This document shows positions 1 through 11,624 of a stretch of 64,000 nucleotides of DNA, piece after piece. The notes under the pieces were generated by a model. That model was not told the DNA's origin. It saw nothing but the letters and a program-made list of their open reading frames with translations, and made no database searches. Every line of letters starts with the position of its first letter. The first letter of the stretch is position 1. This stretch comes from Lama guanicoe (lineage: Eukaryota), in assembly GCA_013239625.1 (NCBI GenBank), contig MU054323.1, positions 558,001 to 622,000 on the forward strand, read 5' to 3'. The position numbers and the translations under genes were made by a program.

Positions 1-975
1 GCACGGAGGGAGGGATCCAGGTGAAGGCGTGGACAGAGGCCTGGGAATCGTGGGTCGGGGTGGGAAGGGACAGGAGGCAGTTTACTTCCTTTCCTGTGGG
101 TGACCTGTGTCTTCATCGCCTGGTGTCCCTAAAAGATGTCCCAGAAAGTCCTGCCAGTATGAGATGTGCTCTAGACTAGACAGTGGCCCTTTGGAGACCT
201 TGAGGATGTCATTCCCTGGGGGAGGAGAGGGGGCTGGTTGGACTGCACTCGGAAGGCAGAGAATCACAGAGCCGGGCGTGACCTCAGACCCCCCTCACCT
301 CTCCACCAGGAAATGGGGCTCAGACATTGTGGGGAGCTATTTCTGGAACAACGGGGGGAAGGCGGGCGGGGTCTGGGCCTCGTCCACTGGCAGCAGCGGG
401 CGTCACCTACTCCGTGGGCTGCCTTGCTGTGTGGTCCCAAGGCAGCCCTTTAAAGGCCAGGCCTTTTGTCTGTGGAGAGGATGGTGATAATGCAGCTGGG
501 CTCCTGGGGGCCCTGAATGAGAGTCAGGGATTGAAAAGAGCCGGGCAGCCGCTCCGATGGGAAGGCGGTGACAGTGTGGTTCCCTGCTGGATCTGAGCTG
601 CCATGAAAGCCTGGCTCCCCTGACCCAGCCCTCCGGCCACCACATCGCACCAGCCTTGCAGTCTGGGCGCGTGTGCGTGTGTGCAGGTGTCTACAGATGC
701 TCGGTGGTTCTGATCAGGGAATGACTTCTCTGGAAATGGCCTTTGTGGGTGTCTCTCTCCCCTGTGTAGGATGGATCTGCCCCTCCCCCTCTTCTTCCTG
801 CCTTCCACCCTGTGATCCCACCTTTCCCTGCCTGGGGTCCAGGAGATGAGCTACATCGTAGGAGCAAGGTCTCCCCTCTCCAGTGCACTTGCGTGAGCAC
901 TTCACAATCCACGTTCTTGATATTTACCAGGAGAAGACTCCTTGAGGTGCCCTCACCAAGAGAAGGAACACTTCT

Positions 976-1139
976 TTTGTTTGTTTTTGTTTAGTTGCGT
1001 TTTTTTTGGGGGGGTGGTAATTAAGTCTATTATTTATTTACATATTAATTTTTTTTTTTTAATGGAGGTGCTGTGGATTGAACCCGGGACCTCGTGCATG
1101 CCAAACATGCACTCTACCACTGAGCTGTACACCCCCCCC
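976..1139 (-). mobile_element. tRNA-Ala-derived SINE (camelid vic-1-like)
   Basis: Reverse complement reads GGGGGTGTACAGCTCAGTGGTAGAGTGCATGTTTGGCATGCACGAGGTCCCGGGTTCAATCCACAGCACCTCCA, then an A-rich tail containing CTTAATTACC. Degenerate TSD: GGAACACTTCT (965-975) / GGAACATTTCT (1147-1157). Confidence 0.9.
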
Positions 1140-1179
1140 AAAAAAGGGAACATTTCTATCATGAGAACTAACTCTCCAC

Positions 1180-1335
1180 CAGGCAATGTGTTGATCACTT
1201 TACATTAGGACCTGTAATTCTCAAAAGTCATTTCGAGTGGGAGATCCTTCATGCCATCTTGCTGATGAAGATATTAAGGATCAGAGACATTGAGTGAAAT
1301 ATCCACACTGCACAGCTAGCAAGTGGTAGAGTCCA
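1180..1335 (-). mobile_element. MIR SINE fragment
   Basis: Antisense MIR core: CCATCTTGCTGATGAAGATATTAAGGATCAGAGA...CACAGCTAGCAAGTGGTAGAG. Confidence 0.7.
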
Positions 1336-1544
1336 TGGTCTTTTGTTATCCTGTCAAGACTCCTGAGGCTGACCTGGGATGCTCCTGAGCCCTGCTGTCT
1401 CCTCTCAGCTCTGGGAGGGACTGTGGGTCCTTCCCCCTTGTCGGAGCCTCAGTTCCTAAACCTGGTTTCTCTATGGTGAGCCAGTTCCTGTGTTTATTCT
1501 CCCATCTCAGCTTTGGCCAAAAGCAGACAGCCCACAGAAGTAAT

Positions 1545-1665
1545 AGACTAGGGGTTCTGTTGCCTGGTGTGTGTAACTGTGTGCCAATCCCAGCAGGCCT
1601 CAGTTTCCCCATCAGTGGCATGGGATCCTTCCAGAATGATATTTCAGGGTCTTTCCAGCTCTGAC
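1545..1665 (+). mobile_element. MIR/MIR3 fragment
   Basis: GGCCTCAGTTTCCCCATC core and a MIR3-type 3' end GGTCTTTCCAGCTCTGAC. Confidence 0.55.
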
Positions 1666-1767
1666 TTCATTTCATTTCATTTCATTTCATCGCTAGACAC
1701 CCTCCCAGCGCTGAAATCCCACTGTCTCAGAAGGCTTGATCCCTTCTGGCTAGTCTGTCTTAAGGTA

Positions 1768-1786
1768 TAGCGCCACCTTCTGGTGA
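1768..1786 (-). promoter_or_regulatory. CTCF-binding motif
   Basis: Minus strand TCACCAGAAGGTGGCGCTA versus consensus TGGCCACCAGGGGGCGCTA. Core CCAGAAGGTGGCGC. Motif match only. Confidence 0.6.
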
Positions 1787-4264
1787 TCAGTTTACTCCGA
1801 TTTTTTTTTTTCCCTTTGGCCAGTTCGGATTCTCTGCTTGGTTCCTCCCTTTTCCAGAAACTAGACTGAACACCTGATGACTAGGCCGAGTGCCCTGGGT
1901 GTGGACATCTCTCTGCAAAGCTGCAGGCATGGTTAGGGGTGGGTTGTGGCTAGACTCAGTTTCCTGCACTCAGGATGGTGCTGGTGGCTTTCCCAGTGCC
2001 AAGATCCCTCTGTGAGCCTGGGGACTGGCCACCAGGGCTCGGAAACCAGAGGGCCTTGGGTGGCAGCAGCTGAATGTCCCAAATTCATGAGGGACATGTT
2101 CCATCTGGAAGCCAGGGCGTGAATGGACGAGGTCCACGGCACATTTCCTCTTTCCTTTTTACTTCCTTTTGTTACTGTTTTTCTTTTGAAGGCAAAGAAG
2201 GAGGCTTCAGGAAAACAAATGGGTGGTCAAGTTTCAGAGACTCTATGAGTTTTGGGATTTTTTTTTTTTTTTGGTTGGGAAAAGGGGACATGAGAAGAGT
2301 GTGCGTTTAGAATTTTTCTTCTCTAAGGGAAATACAAAAGGTTTCTCTGAGTATGTGGCCTTTGTCTCTCTGATGCCTGTCCCCTGAACAGGTCTCGGGA
2401 GCCACCCTTCCCCACCTCACACCCAGCTGTGGGGGGCTCATCCCCCAGGACCTGTGGGCCCCCTCATAGTGAGCATAGGGTTTGGACTCATTTCCAGCTT
2501 GGAGAAATCCGACTGCCTCCACACAGGACAGGCTGGGGGCGGCTTTAAATTCCTGGAAGTGCACTTAGTGTTTATTTGGGGATATTTGCTGAACAAACTC
2601 TGGCAGGTAGGCGACCGGATTCCAGAGTCACCAGGAACTCACTGCTCTGTGAGATCTTAAGCAAGTACTTCCCCCCCGAAGATGGCAGTTTCTTCTTCTG
2701 TAAGGAGAGAGTAGCCATTCAAGGTTTTCAAGAATTCCAAGCTCCATCCCATCTCATTATTCTAGGAAACCAGTAGTTGTGATATGCATTTCCTGCCGCC
2801 TTCGCTCTTTCCTGTAAACCGGGTAACCTTTCTGGCGCTCACCGCGTTTGTGAGTTTGGGTGTCATCACAGAGCCCTCGTGTACTGGAGGGGGCAGTGGG
2901 CAGCGGTGGGCAGGAGCCTTAGCTTGCCCCCTTCCTGTCAACTCTCCCTGCCTCCAGGGTTGTAGGAGGTACAATGCTGAGCAAAGCATCCCTGCTGGGG
3001 ATAAAGTGGCTCAGCACACACATGGGCGCCTGGGTCTGCATCCTGCTGGGGACCTGCCGAGAAGGCAGACACACCCAAAGCGTTGTACAGGATCCGGTGC
3101 TGAGAGTCACTACTGGCCCTGACATGGCTCAGATCTCAATTAAAATAAAGGAATCGTCAGCCATTTGAAGAGCCATCTAAACAGGAATCCAAATTGTCTA
3201 TGTATCTCTTTATCTCCATCCAGGCTGGTGATCTGGCTTTGTTTTGTGCCGTGAAGCACACATGTGTACCTGCCCTGGCACATATGTTGCTTATGCACAC
3301 GATGGAAAGGGCTAAACTGAACCAGGCTGGGAAGGTGATGCCCAGCTGCCAGGTCTCAGCTCTGTGGGAACCGGCAGGAGACTGTTGGTAAATCACCTGA
3401 GATTCTGCGGTACAGGCACGGTGCTCATTGAAAATATCATTAACGCCTTTTGTCAGGAGCCAGAAGCCCACAGTGGAGTCCACAGATGCCTGACTTAGCT
3501 TGTCCGGTAGTGAAATTAATGTAATAAAACTCAGTTAACAGAGATGCTCCGAGTTTAATTAGTTCCTTAACAATTAAAGAAGAATTATGAGATCTTGAAC
3601 ATTCCGTCTTCAAAAGCAATTTGGGTGGATTGATGTCACTGTCTGACATCGCTGGCGAAATTCCGGGCTGCCTGAGTCGATCGGGGAAATTGCTCATCTT
3701 ACCCCGCATCCAGGCAAGTGCATACACTTTCCCGCCGCCTTGAAAGGAAGCACTTCCAGGTAGCCTCACAGTGGACTCCTTCTCAGAGCCTGAGGCTAAG
3801 TGGGTGAGGGTAAGGGCGTAAGTTCTGTCTCCAAGGTTCTGGAACTTCTGCTTTGTAGCGTCTGGCCTCTCCTGCCTCTGTGCTCACAACCTAGTGCCCC
3901 CGCCCCATCACCCCTTCACATCTGCAGGCTCTGAGCAGACAGGGGTGGTGTAGCAAGCACCCTCTCATTCTTCTAACTTCCTGTATCTAGTGTGTCTCTC
4001 CTGAGCCTGTATTCGATGCTATAAAAGAGACTACAGCCATCAGACTCTTTGTTTTTGGCTGGTGGAATTAGCAGGGCTAACCCTCCACGGTAGGGAGAGC
4101 TCGAGAAGTCTGGGATGCTCAGTCAGGAGGCTCTCTGCTGGCTGGGCCTCTTACTTCTCTGGTTATCTCAGTCCTTATGGAATCTCTTTCACAAAGCATC
4201 CTCTTGGCAAGAGGCTATCTACAGGACCTCGGTCTCCTGACCCTGAATCAGGTGTCCTTTATCA

Positions 4265-4425
4265 TCTTGCTACTGTGGTCCTCGGACCAGTAGCAACTGT
4301 ATCATCTGGGAGCGTATTAGGCTGCAGAAACTCAGGCCCCACCCCAGACCCACTGAATCAGAGTCTGCCTTTGAACGGGGCGGCCAGGCATCTTGTACGC
4401 ACGTGCTTGTTTGAGAAGGGCTGCT
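4265..4425 (+). mobile_element. hAT-Charlie MITE, MER5A1-like
   Basis: TGTGGTCC..GGACCAG..ATCATCTGGGAGC..CTCAGGCCCCACCCCAGACCCACTGAATCAGA..GTTTGAGAAG, typical of MER5A/MER5A1. Confidence 0.8.
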
Positions 4426-5024
4426 TTCTAACACTTTGTGACAAACTCCTGTGCAAGACGGCTCCATCTGGGGCTGATCTAGCTGAGGAGGCCAGGCTCT
4501 TGCGGTAAGAACGAGGTTCATGTTGCTACAGTTGAGGTGGGGCAGCAGCCGGAGCCCTGGCTCTCTCCTACCCCAAGGAGCCCACCCCCACCCCGGCGCC
4601 CTCTCCTCTCTGCTAGTGGCATTGTCCTTGAAGCTTCCTTCCTTGGTGGTCTGATTTCAGCATCTTGCCACGCCAGCGAAGGCACCAGGCCATCCTGACA
4701 GATGGCCCAAAGTAGGACAGACAGGAGAAATGTATGTTTATCAAATTGGGGTTGAAAAGACCGCGTTCCCTCAGCATAGGCTATCAGACAGCTGTCGGTC
4801 AGGACCATATGGCCCAGCGGTGAGAGGGCACAAACGCAACTAATCCACTCTTACAGAGATTAGCTCTGACGAGTAATAAGTGAAGAAAGTTGCGCTGTCG
4901 CCAGGGCGCTGCCTGGGCGGAGCGGCTGGACGGCCCGCACCGCAGTTAATTCCTGATGGTTCAGATGCTTATCTCCCAAGGAGACGCGGATGTAACATGA
5001 CACTGATCTGAATAACACGATGAC

Positions 5025-5180
5025 AGTGATAATAATAAATCTGCCATTTATCAGTCACCTGCTCCGTGTTAAGTGACACATGAGGTTATTTCTACTATTT
5101 TATTTATTCCAGGTCTTGGTCCTTTTGGGGACTTACTGTCTCTATGTTGCAGATGAGGAAAATAGATTTCTGAGATGCAG
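5025..5180 (-). mobile_element. MIR fragment
   Basis: ATAATAATAAATCTGCCATTTATCAG...TTGCAGATGAGGAAAATAG, the antisense MIR 3' half. Confidence 0.6.
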
Positions 5181-6211
5181 CTGTGGGTCCCCAGGTGGTG
5201 ATGGTCCCTCCAGACTCGGGGCAGGTCAGATCACACTCCTGTGTTCATCTGCCCTGTTCCGGCTCCCACGGAGGAGAGATGCTGACATATAAAGCAGAGG
5301 AGGGGGTAATGCCTGTGAGCACACACAAAGGTGATGCTGCCTGGGTGCAGTGGCCTACATGGGCCAGGGTCTGCTGACATCGCTGGAGAGTCCACCACTG
5401 CGGAGAGTGGGACAGGCAAGCCATGTTCTCTCCGGTTCAGCTGGAGTCCATGGGAGATGTGATTCGTGGTGCCTTCCTCCCTACACAGAGCTCCACACCT
5501 CAGCATGTCCTCTGCAGTGAGAGACTAACTAAGCTGAGATTTCAAGGGCAGGAGTGCAGACTTACTGAGCATCTACGGAAAGCCAGGCCTTCCTCTAGAC
5601 ACCCATCAGGGAGCCTGGCCAGGGTGTGTGGCCAGGTCCTCGCCTGTGGGAAGAGGGACTGAGGAGAGGTGGGCTGGTTCTGACCAAGCCACAGCGAAGC
5701 AGCCTTTGCTGCAAGCCCACGAGAATTCCCCACGGCAGGCATCTCAGGGTGCTTCTGAGTCCTCGAGCAAGGCTGTTCTTTAATGGATGTGTGTATCTCT
5801 CACCCTGGCTAGGAAGAAAGCTGAAGGCTTGAAACATGGTCCCCATTGAGCACCTAGAGATTCTGATCTAATCAGCACAAGGGAGAGAGTGCTGAATATA
5901 AAAGCATATTTAATTGTCTTATGTGTTTGGAAAAAGATTATGCAGGTCATTTTTTAGCCAAGTGTTTGCAGGGTTTCCCTGAATGACCGAGCAGAGCTCT
6001 TATTCCCTATAAAAGCAAAGATTTCAGTTCACTGAACGTTCATAGAGCACAACCTTGTGCCAGCCTTGCCCCCTGGGGAACTTGTAATTGAGAGGGACAA
6101 ACAGGTAAGAGATCACCTTTTCCAAAGTCTTGGCTTTGTCACTCATAGTTTAAATTATTATAAGAAACCCCAAAGTTCAAGATATGTGCTTTCTTGTCAC
6201 TTCCTGGGCCA

Positions 6212-6695
6212 TGTGGTAGGCAGAATAATGGCCCCCTAAAGATGTCCACCTAAAACCAAGCCTGTTGAATTTGTTACCTTACATGGCAAAGAACAAACAA
6301 AACCTTTGCGTACGTAATTAAGTTGAGGCTCTTCAGATGGAGAGATGATTCTGGATTGCCCGAGTCAGTTCAGTGTTATCACAAGGGTCCCTATAAATGA
6401 AGGGAAGGAAACAAGAAGAGGGTCAGAGTCAGAAAAGGAGATGTGATGATGGGACAGAGGTCAGAGTGATACAGGCCATGAATTAAGTCCTGTAGGAAGG
6501 TTCTAGAAGCTGGAAAAGGCAAGGAAATGGATTTTCTCCTGGAACCTCAAGAAGGGACACAGCCCCGCTGACGCCTCGGTTTTGGTCTGGTGAAACCCAC
6601 TTCAGACTTCTAAACTCCAGAACTGAAAGCTAACAAATCTGTGTCATTTTAAGCCATGAAAGTGGTACTAATTTGTTACAGCAGCAAAAGGATCC
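6212..6695 (+). mobile_element. MaLR solo LTR, MLT1D-like
   Basis: Starts TGTGGTAGGCAGAATAATGGCCCC. Contains GTTACCTTACATGGCAAA, AGAAGCTGGAAAAGGCAAGGAA and TTTAAGCCA...ATTTGTTACAGCAGCAA. Confidence 0.9.
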
Positions 6696-6849
6696 CACTG
6701 CAGGACCAGGGTGAGTCACGCACGTGAAAATGGTGAGAGGGTGTGTTACCAGAGTGGTGAGTGACCAGGTTGACCACGGACATCTGCACACCAGTAAGTG
6801 GTACAGCCCTGCTTTGTCCTCGTGTCTGTGGGAACAACCACAGAGTCAT

Positions 6850-7360
6850 TTTCATAGCATTTTATGGGGAAAATGATACACCAGAATGATAGCTACAAAT
6901 TTGGCAGGTTGCAATACTCTCAGATCCGGTCCTGGGGAATGTCCGGGCTCTGCTGCCCAGGTGAGTTCCGGGCCCCGAGGAGGGCATCTCACCAAGCTGG
7001 GCGAGTCAGAGAAGACCCCCTGGAGGAAGGACCCCGTGCTGGGTTCGGAGGGGTCACAGCCAGATGACTGTCGACAAGGATGAAGGAAGCTGCGTGAACA
7101 AGCGCTCAGAGGCGATTGAGGGCACACGAAGCAGGAGGCTGGGACTCTGGAGAGGAACCCTGCTGCCTGACCGTGGAGGATGCTTCATGCCAGGGAAGGG
7201 ATTTACCTATTTTGTCAATGATAAGCCATCAAAACATTTTAAATACAGAATAAAATGATCGCTCTGTGCTGTAGAAACTCATATGGGCCTATCAAGGTTG
7301 GATGAGAGGGAGCAGAACGAAAGTCTAATTAGAAGAATTCGCGAGGAGAAGATGAGGGAT
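6850..7360 (-). mobile_element. L2 LINE 3' region fragment
   Basis: Purine-rich antisense L2 pattern (GAGTCAGAGAAGACCCCCTGGAGGAAGG...AAGCCATCAAAACATTTTAA...ATGATCGCTCTG). Confidence 0.5.
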
Positions 7361-10300
7361 TCCCTGGGAAAACGTTATCACTAAGATGCTGTCTTTTCCT
7401 TCGGAACTAGCACATTTCCTGGAGCCTCCTCGTGTATGTGTTTAGCTACTTGAATAGACTTCTCCTGCAGACCCCTGACCGCTCCAGAATAATGAGGCCC
7501 GTATCTTTTCCTAGTTCAGGTTTGGGACGGGCCCTGATGTAAGCGCTCACAAACACTGTGAATGATTTAAAGAATCCAGGCCCAAGTCCATCCTATACTG
7601 GAGGTTTAAAAGCTGCTGGAGATTTTGTCCTGGAGCCCATGTTGTCAACTGTCCAAAATTTCCAAGTGACTAAGAAGTCTGTCTAAATACTGGGGAGTGG
7701 TCTGTTTTTTTTTCCACAATGGACAAAATCAAGAATTCTGTAAGCTATGGATGGAAGAGACGGGTGTAGATTTGCTGCAGGATTCTAGAGCGGGTTACAG
7801 AGCAGACTTAATATTTTGAGGAGAGTTCAGTGATTACAAGTGTCAGTTCACCAGTTCATCAAGAATAAGATCTGCCTTTCTATCCCCCAAACTCTAAAGA
7901 GATTAGATCTAAGAATAAAAATCCAAAGGACCCACCTCCTTGGCTTGCAACAGCAAGAACAGACAAAGGAGCATTTAATTTGAGGCTGTTGTGTGTTGGG
8001 CACAGAGTGGGTGCCAGTCCTGAGAGATGTCAGGCATGGTCCTCAGAAGCCACAACCATCAGGAGGATCCTCAGGAGGGAAGTTCTTTGCTTGCCCTACT
8101 TGGGTGCCTAAAAAATGCTGGATAATCTTGCTTTGGAAATGAGCCCAGGGAGTCAGAGAGAAGGGAGGGTAGTGGAGAGATTTTAAATAAGACCTGGCGA
8201 CCAGAAATGTTATAAAGATGGATAACATTTTATTCTGTGATCATATTATCACAGAATATTAGAGCTGGATCCTCTGGATGGTCCATTCTCTTGTGTATTT
8301 AATGATGTGTGTCTGAGTGACTATTGTGCACCAAATCCTGTGTCGAGCATAGAGGGTACAGAGCAGCCTTCTCTAACAGATGTTTCCCTGGCAACTGGTC
8401 TCAAGGTAGAACAAGAAACAATGATAAACAGTAATTTTGTGCCTGGTTCCTTTTCATACCTTAAATCGATGCTTCTGGTAGACTCAATGTTGCAACTTGC
8501 AAAGATTTCTCAACAACTCTTTGATAGTATTTGGCTTTGAAAGGTATTTATTCCACTATATTGCATGAAGATGTAGTTTGAAAAATATCACAACACTGGT
8601 TTCTTTTTCAGACAAATAAAAAAATTAAGAAATTATTAAAAGTTACACCAAAATTCAGCCTTATAAGAAATCTTGGTATCTTATTCTCAATATGAACCCA
8701 TACGTGTTCACACATGATTTTCTGCCCCTGAAGGAATTAGTTGAAGATTTCAAAATATTCCCAAGATATAATTCACTTCCATTATTTGAAATAATGGAAA
8801 TGGCGTTACTTGTATTATCTGGGTTTTGAAGAATCAGTTTTGATCGGATCCTTTATTTCAAGATTTGAATGAGTATCTCTTTCCTACACAATCAGATTCT
8901 TACCAAATATGAAAAAAAAAAAAACAGAATGACCCGTTTTCACTATTCCCTTAAGTCCTAAATCTAAGTCAGTGGACATACCACTGACGTTCAACTGTGG
9001 ATCAACACAGGCTGGGTTGACACTCAGGTGTAAACTTTTATTTTCACGGGGTCAAGCCCTTAATTGTGGCACCTATGGTCAGCCTTCTGCCAGCTTGGTA
9101 TCTCCATCACAGCAACAGGGGGAAAAAAACTAACAGGAGACAAAAATCATGTACCTGTAGTGTGGTTTTCAGCTGTAAACACAAGTCAAAGGACACTGGG
9201 TCGCTGTGCTATATGCATGCTAAGAGCTCATTCAGCACCTTCCTCTGTGCGGTAATAATCACCGTTCTTTTGCATCGTATGCGTCTGAGATTATCATCCA
9301 TCAGTATCATTTCCAAGTAAGTTTGCTGCTTTCTCTTTCTCTCTCTCTCTGAGCGCAATGTTTGTCATTAACTTTGTGGGTGCTTTCACAAGCCCCTTGG
9401 CAACTGTGTAATTGTACCTGATTTTGTGCACTATTTATTTAACTTTGAATAATGCTCCTTTGGTTTTCATATTTACAAAAAAATTTGTTCTGCATTTAGT
9501 GATACAATTCATTAATTTCCTATCGGGAAATATTTTTATTCAATTTTCTCTGAAATGTTCAGATTGGCTTAGAAGAAATATTAACACACTTTGATCAAAA
9601 TGACTGTATGATACTCTCTGAGTAATTTCTTATTAAAGTGTTCCAGGAACTAAGGATGGATGGATCCCTTATCCCAAAATTCCAATTTCTGAATATATTG
9701 TTTTACTTATTGGCCACATTTCCTATTTTTGGCTGCTTGTGCAAAAATCACCCATGGCAGTGTCCACACTCCACCATGTAAGGAATCATGTTCTGTATTT
9801 GATCCAGAATCACGTTCGCACGTTCATTTCAGATCTTGCTCTGAGTTGTAATATTTACTATTATCAACACAACCTTTATACTTTCATAAGCTACTTTTGA
9901 GCCATTGGTTCATACTTTGGGGATTTGGAGAATAATACATTGATAGAACAATAACATAGTTACATCTCATAGTGTGTACAATAGCACGGAATGAGATGAA
10001 GATACAATAAATCAGATATCCTATTAATACAATGTCGTCTTCACTGAATTGGTAACATAATCCTTGTAGGACATGTAAAACCTTGAGTTTGATAATGATT
10101 ATATAAAAAAATCAAATAATTTTTGTGATTTGAAAAAAACCAAAATTTTAAATTTCAACTGTGTGAATTTGTCAGCCAACATCGTTGTTTCAACGGGTTT
10201 TCAGTTGAGAGTAGGTGATGAATATATGTTTCCCGTCTGGGAGGTACCAACTGCAAAGCCAAGATCTCTGCCTTCACAGTCACAGGGAGACTCTGGTGCC

Positions 10301-10721
10301 CCAGGGGTTGAAGGCCACCAGCCTTCATCACAGGCCCCTCCCCAAGGTTGATTTTAGCCCAAGGGTCTGGGCCAGAAGAAACGCCAGCTGTCAGAACTTT
10401 GTGATATCCTTACTGGTCCCTCCCTCTCTAATCCTGAGAATTCTCTCCATCTGAGTTCTGTGTCTGCCTCATCTGCCCCCAGGGAGGACTTCTACTCCAG
10501 CCCCACTGTTGAAAGGCCAGAGGGTGGGGCTTTGCTCCTTAGGGGCATAGCTGAGGGGTCAGCCTCCAAGAGTTTCATTGTCATCCATCCCAGGAGGTTC
10601 TTTGGTCCCATCTGCACATAAACCCCCTGAGTCTGTTCCATCAACTGTCCAGATATCTCTGCACATGACCGAATTCACAGTGAGGACCTCACTTCCTCCT
10701 GGCCTTTGAGATTCCACTCCG

Positions 10722-10792
10722 TGAATTCACTTGGAGGGCAATGAAAATGAACACAGGCTAGGGAGTGTTGCAGTTAAAGGCATGATGTATCT
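10722..10792 (+). repeat. Dispersed ~72-bp direct repeat, copy 1
   Basis: TGAATTCACTTGGAGGGCAATGAAAATGAACACAGGCTAGGGAGTGTTGCAGTTAAAGGCATGATGTATCT, near-identical to 11550-11624. Confidence 0.95.
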
Positions 10793-11056
10793 CCGGCGGG
10801 TCCCCAGTGCTTACAGAATCAAGCCCAGATCCTGAGTGTCGCATTCTAGGCACCTCCAGTGGGTGGCTTCTAGTGTCTTTACACTTCCCGGCACTGGCTC
10901 TGCTTCCAGCACGCCTGACCTCGGATTCTTCCTCAGGTATGATGTGCTATCAAGTCTCCAGACCTTTGCCTCCAAAATCATCTGGCTCCTCCTTCTGGAA
11001 CAAATGTGCCTTTGCTGGCTACCCCCAGCTCCAATGCCATCTTCTGCATAAGGTCA

Positions 11057-11275
11057 ACATAGAGTCTTACCAGCACGAGTTTTAACGTCCGATAGACCGA
11101 GTGCAAATTCCACGTCTGCCTCTTCCTTACTGTGTGACCTTGCACTTCTCACTTAACTCTTCTGTGATTTACCTTTGCCATTGGCAAAACAGGGCCATGA
11201 GTCCTACCTCGGAGGGAAGTTGTCAAAAATCAAGGCAACGTTGTCTGAAAGTCCTTTGCCCAGATACCTAGCTGA
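11057..11275 (+). mobile_element. MIR
   Basis: Head-like start, CTGTGTGACCTTG..CACTTAAC.CTTCTGTG core and CCTACCTCGGAGGG..GTTGT tail. Confidence 0.65.
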
Positions 11276-11279
11276 TGGG

Positions 11280-11497
11280 TTGCCCCCCGCCCCTCCCTCC
11301 CTCCGATTCCTTCAACATGCTGATTTTACTGCCGTATTGGCTCCATTTTAATTTTCTTTATAATTATTTATACACAAATTTGTCTTCCGCCTTAAGCTAT
11401 GAAGTGTCTAAGATCACAAAACATTCTCTTCATCTTCTGCTTCCTCTCTGTGCCTGGTCACAATAGGTGCTCAGTAAATGTCTGTTCAGTGGAACTG
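11280..11497 (+). mobile_element. L2 3' end
   Basis: Ends GTGCCTGGTCACAATAGGTGCTCAGTAAATGTCTGTT, the L2 3' terminus. Confidence 0.7.
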
Positions 11498-11549
11498 GAT
11501 TTTCTGTTCAGTGACTTTGGTTATATATATTCTATATGTGTGTAATTGA

Positions 11550-11624
11550 TGAATTCACCTTGGAGGCAATGAAAATGAACACAGACTAGGGAGTGGCCGT
11601 TGCAGTTAAAGGCATGATATATCT
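11550..11624 (+). repeat. Dispersed ~72-bp direct repeat, copy 2
   Basis: TGAATTCACCTTGGAGGCAATGAAAATGAACACAGACTAGGGAGTGGCCGTTGCAGTTAAAGGCATGATATATCT. Confidence 0.95.

Noticed and set aside
2986..3052. Short direct repeat GCATCC(C)TGCTGGGGA, and the 13-mer CTGACATCGCTGG shared by 3643 and 5374
   Set aside because: Too short to distinguish from chance or trivial slippage.
6958..6966. Perfect splice donor CAG|GTGAGT (likewise AAG|GTGAGT at ~12998 and strong acceptors at ~39179 and ~42436)
   Set aside because: These are isolated sites without a convincing partner, some inside L2-derived sequence; such matches are expected by chance.
9231..9251. REST/NRSE site (TTCAGCACC half; GACAGCGCC half at ~30957)
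   Set aside because: Only one half-site is present at each location.
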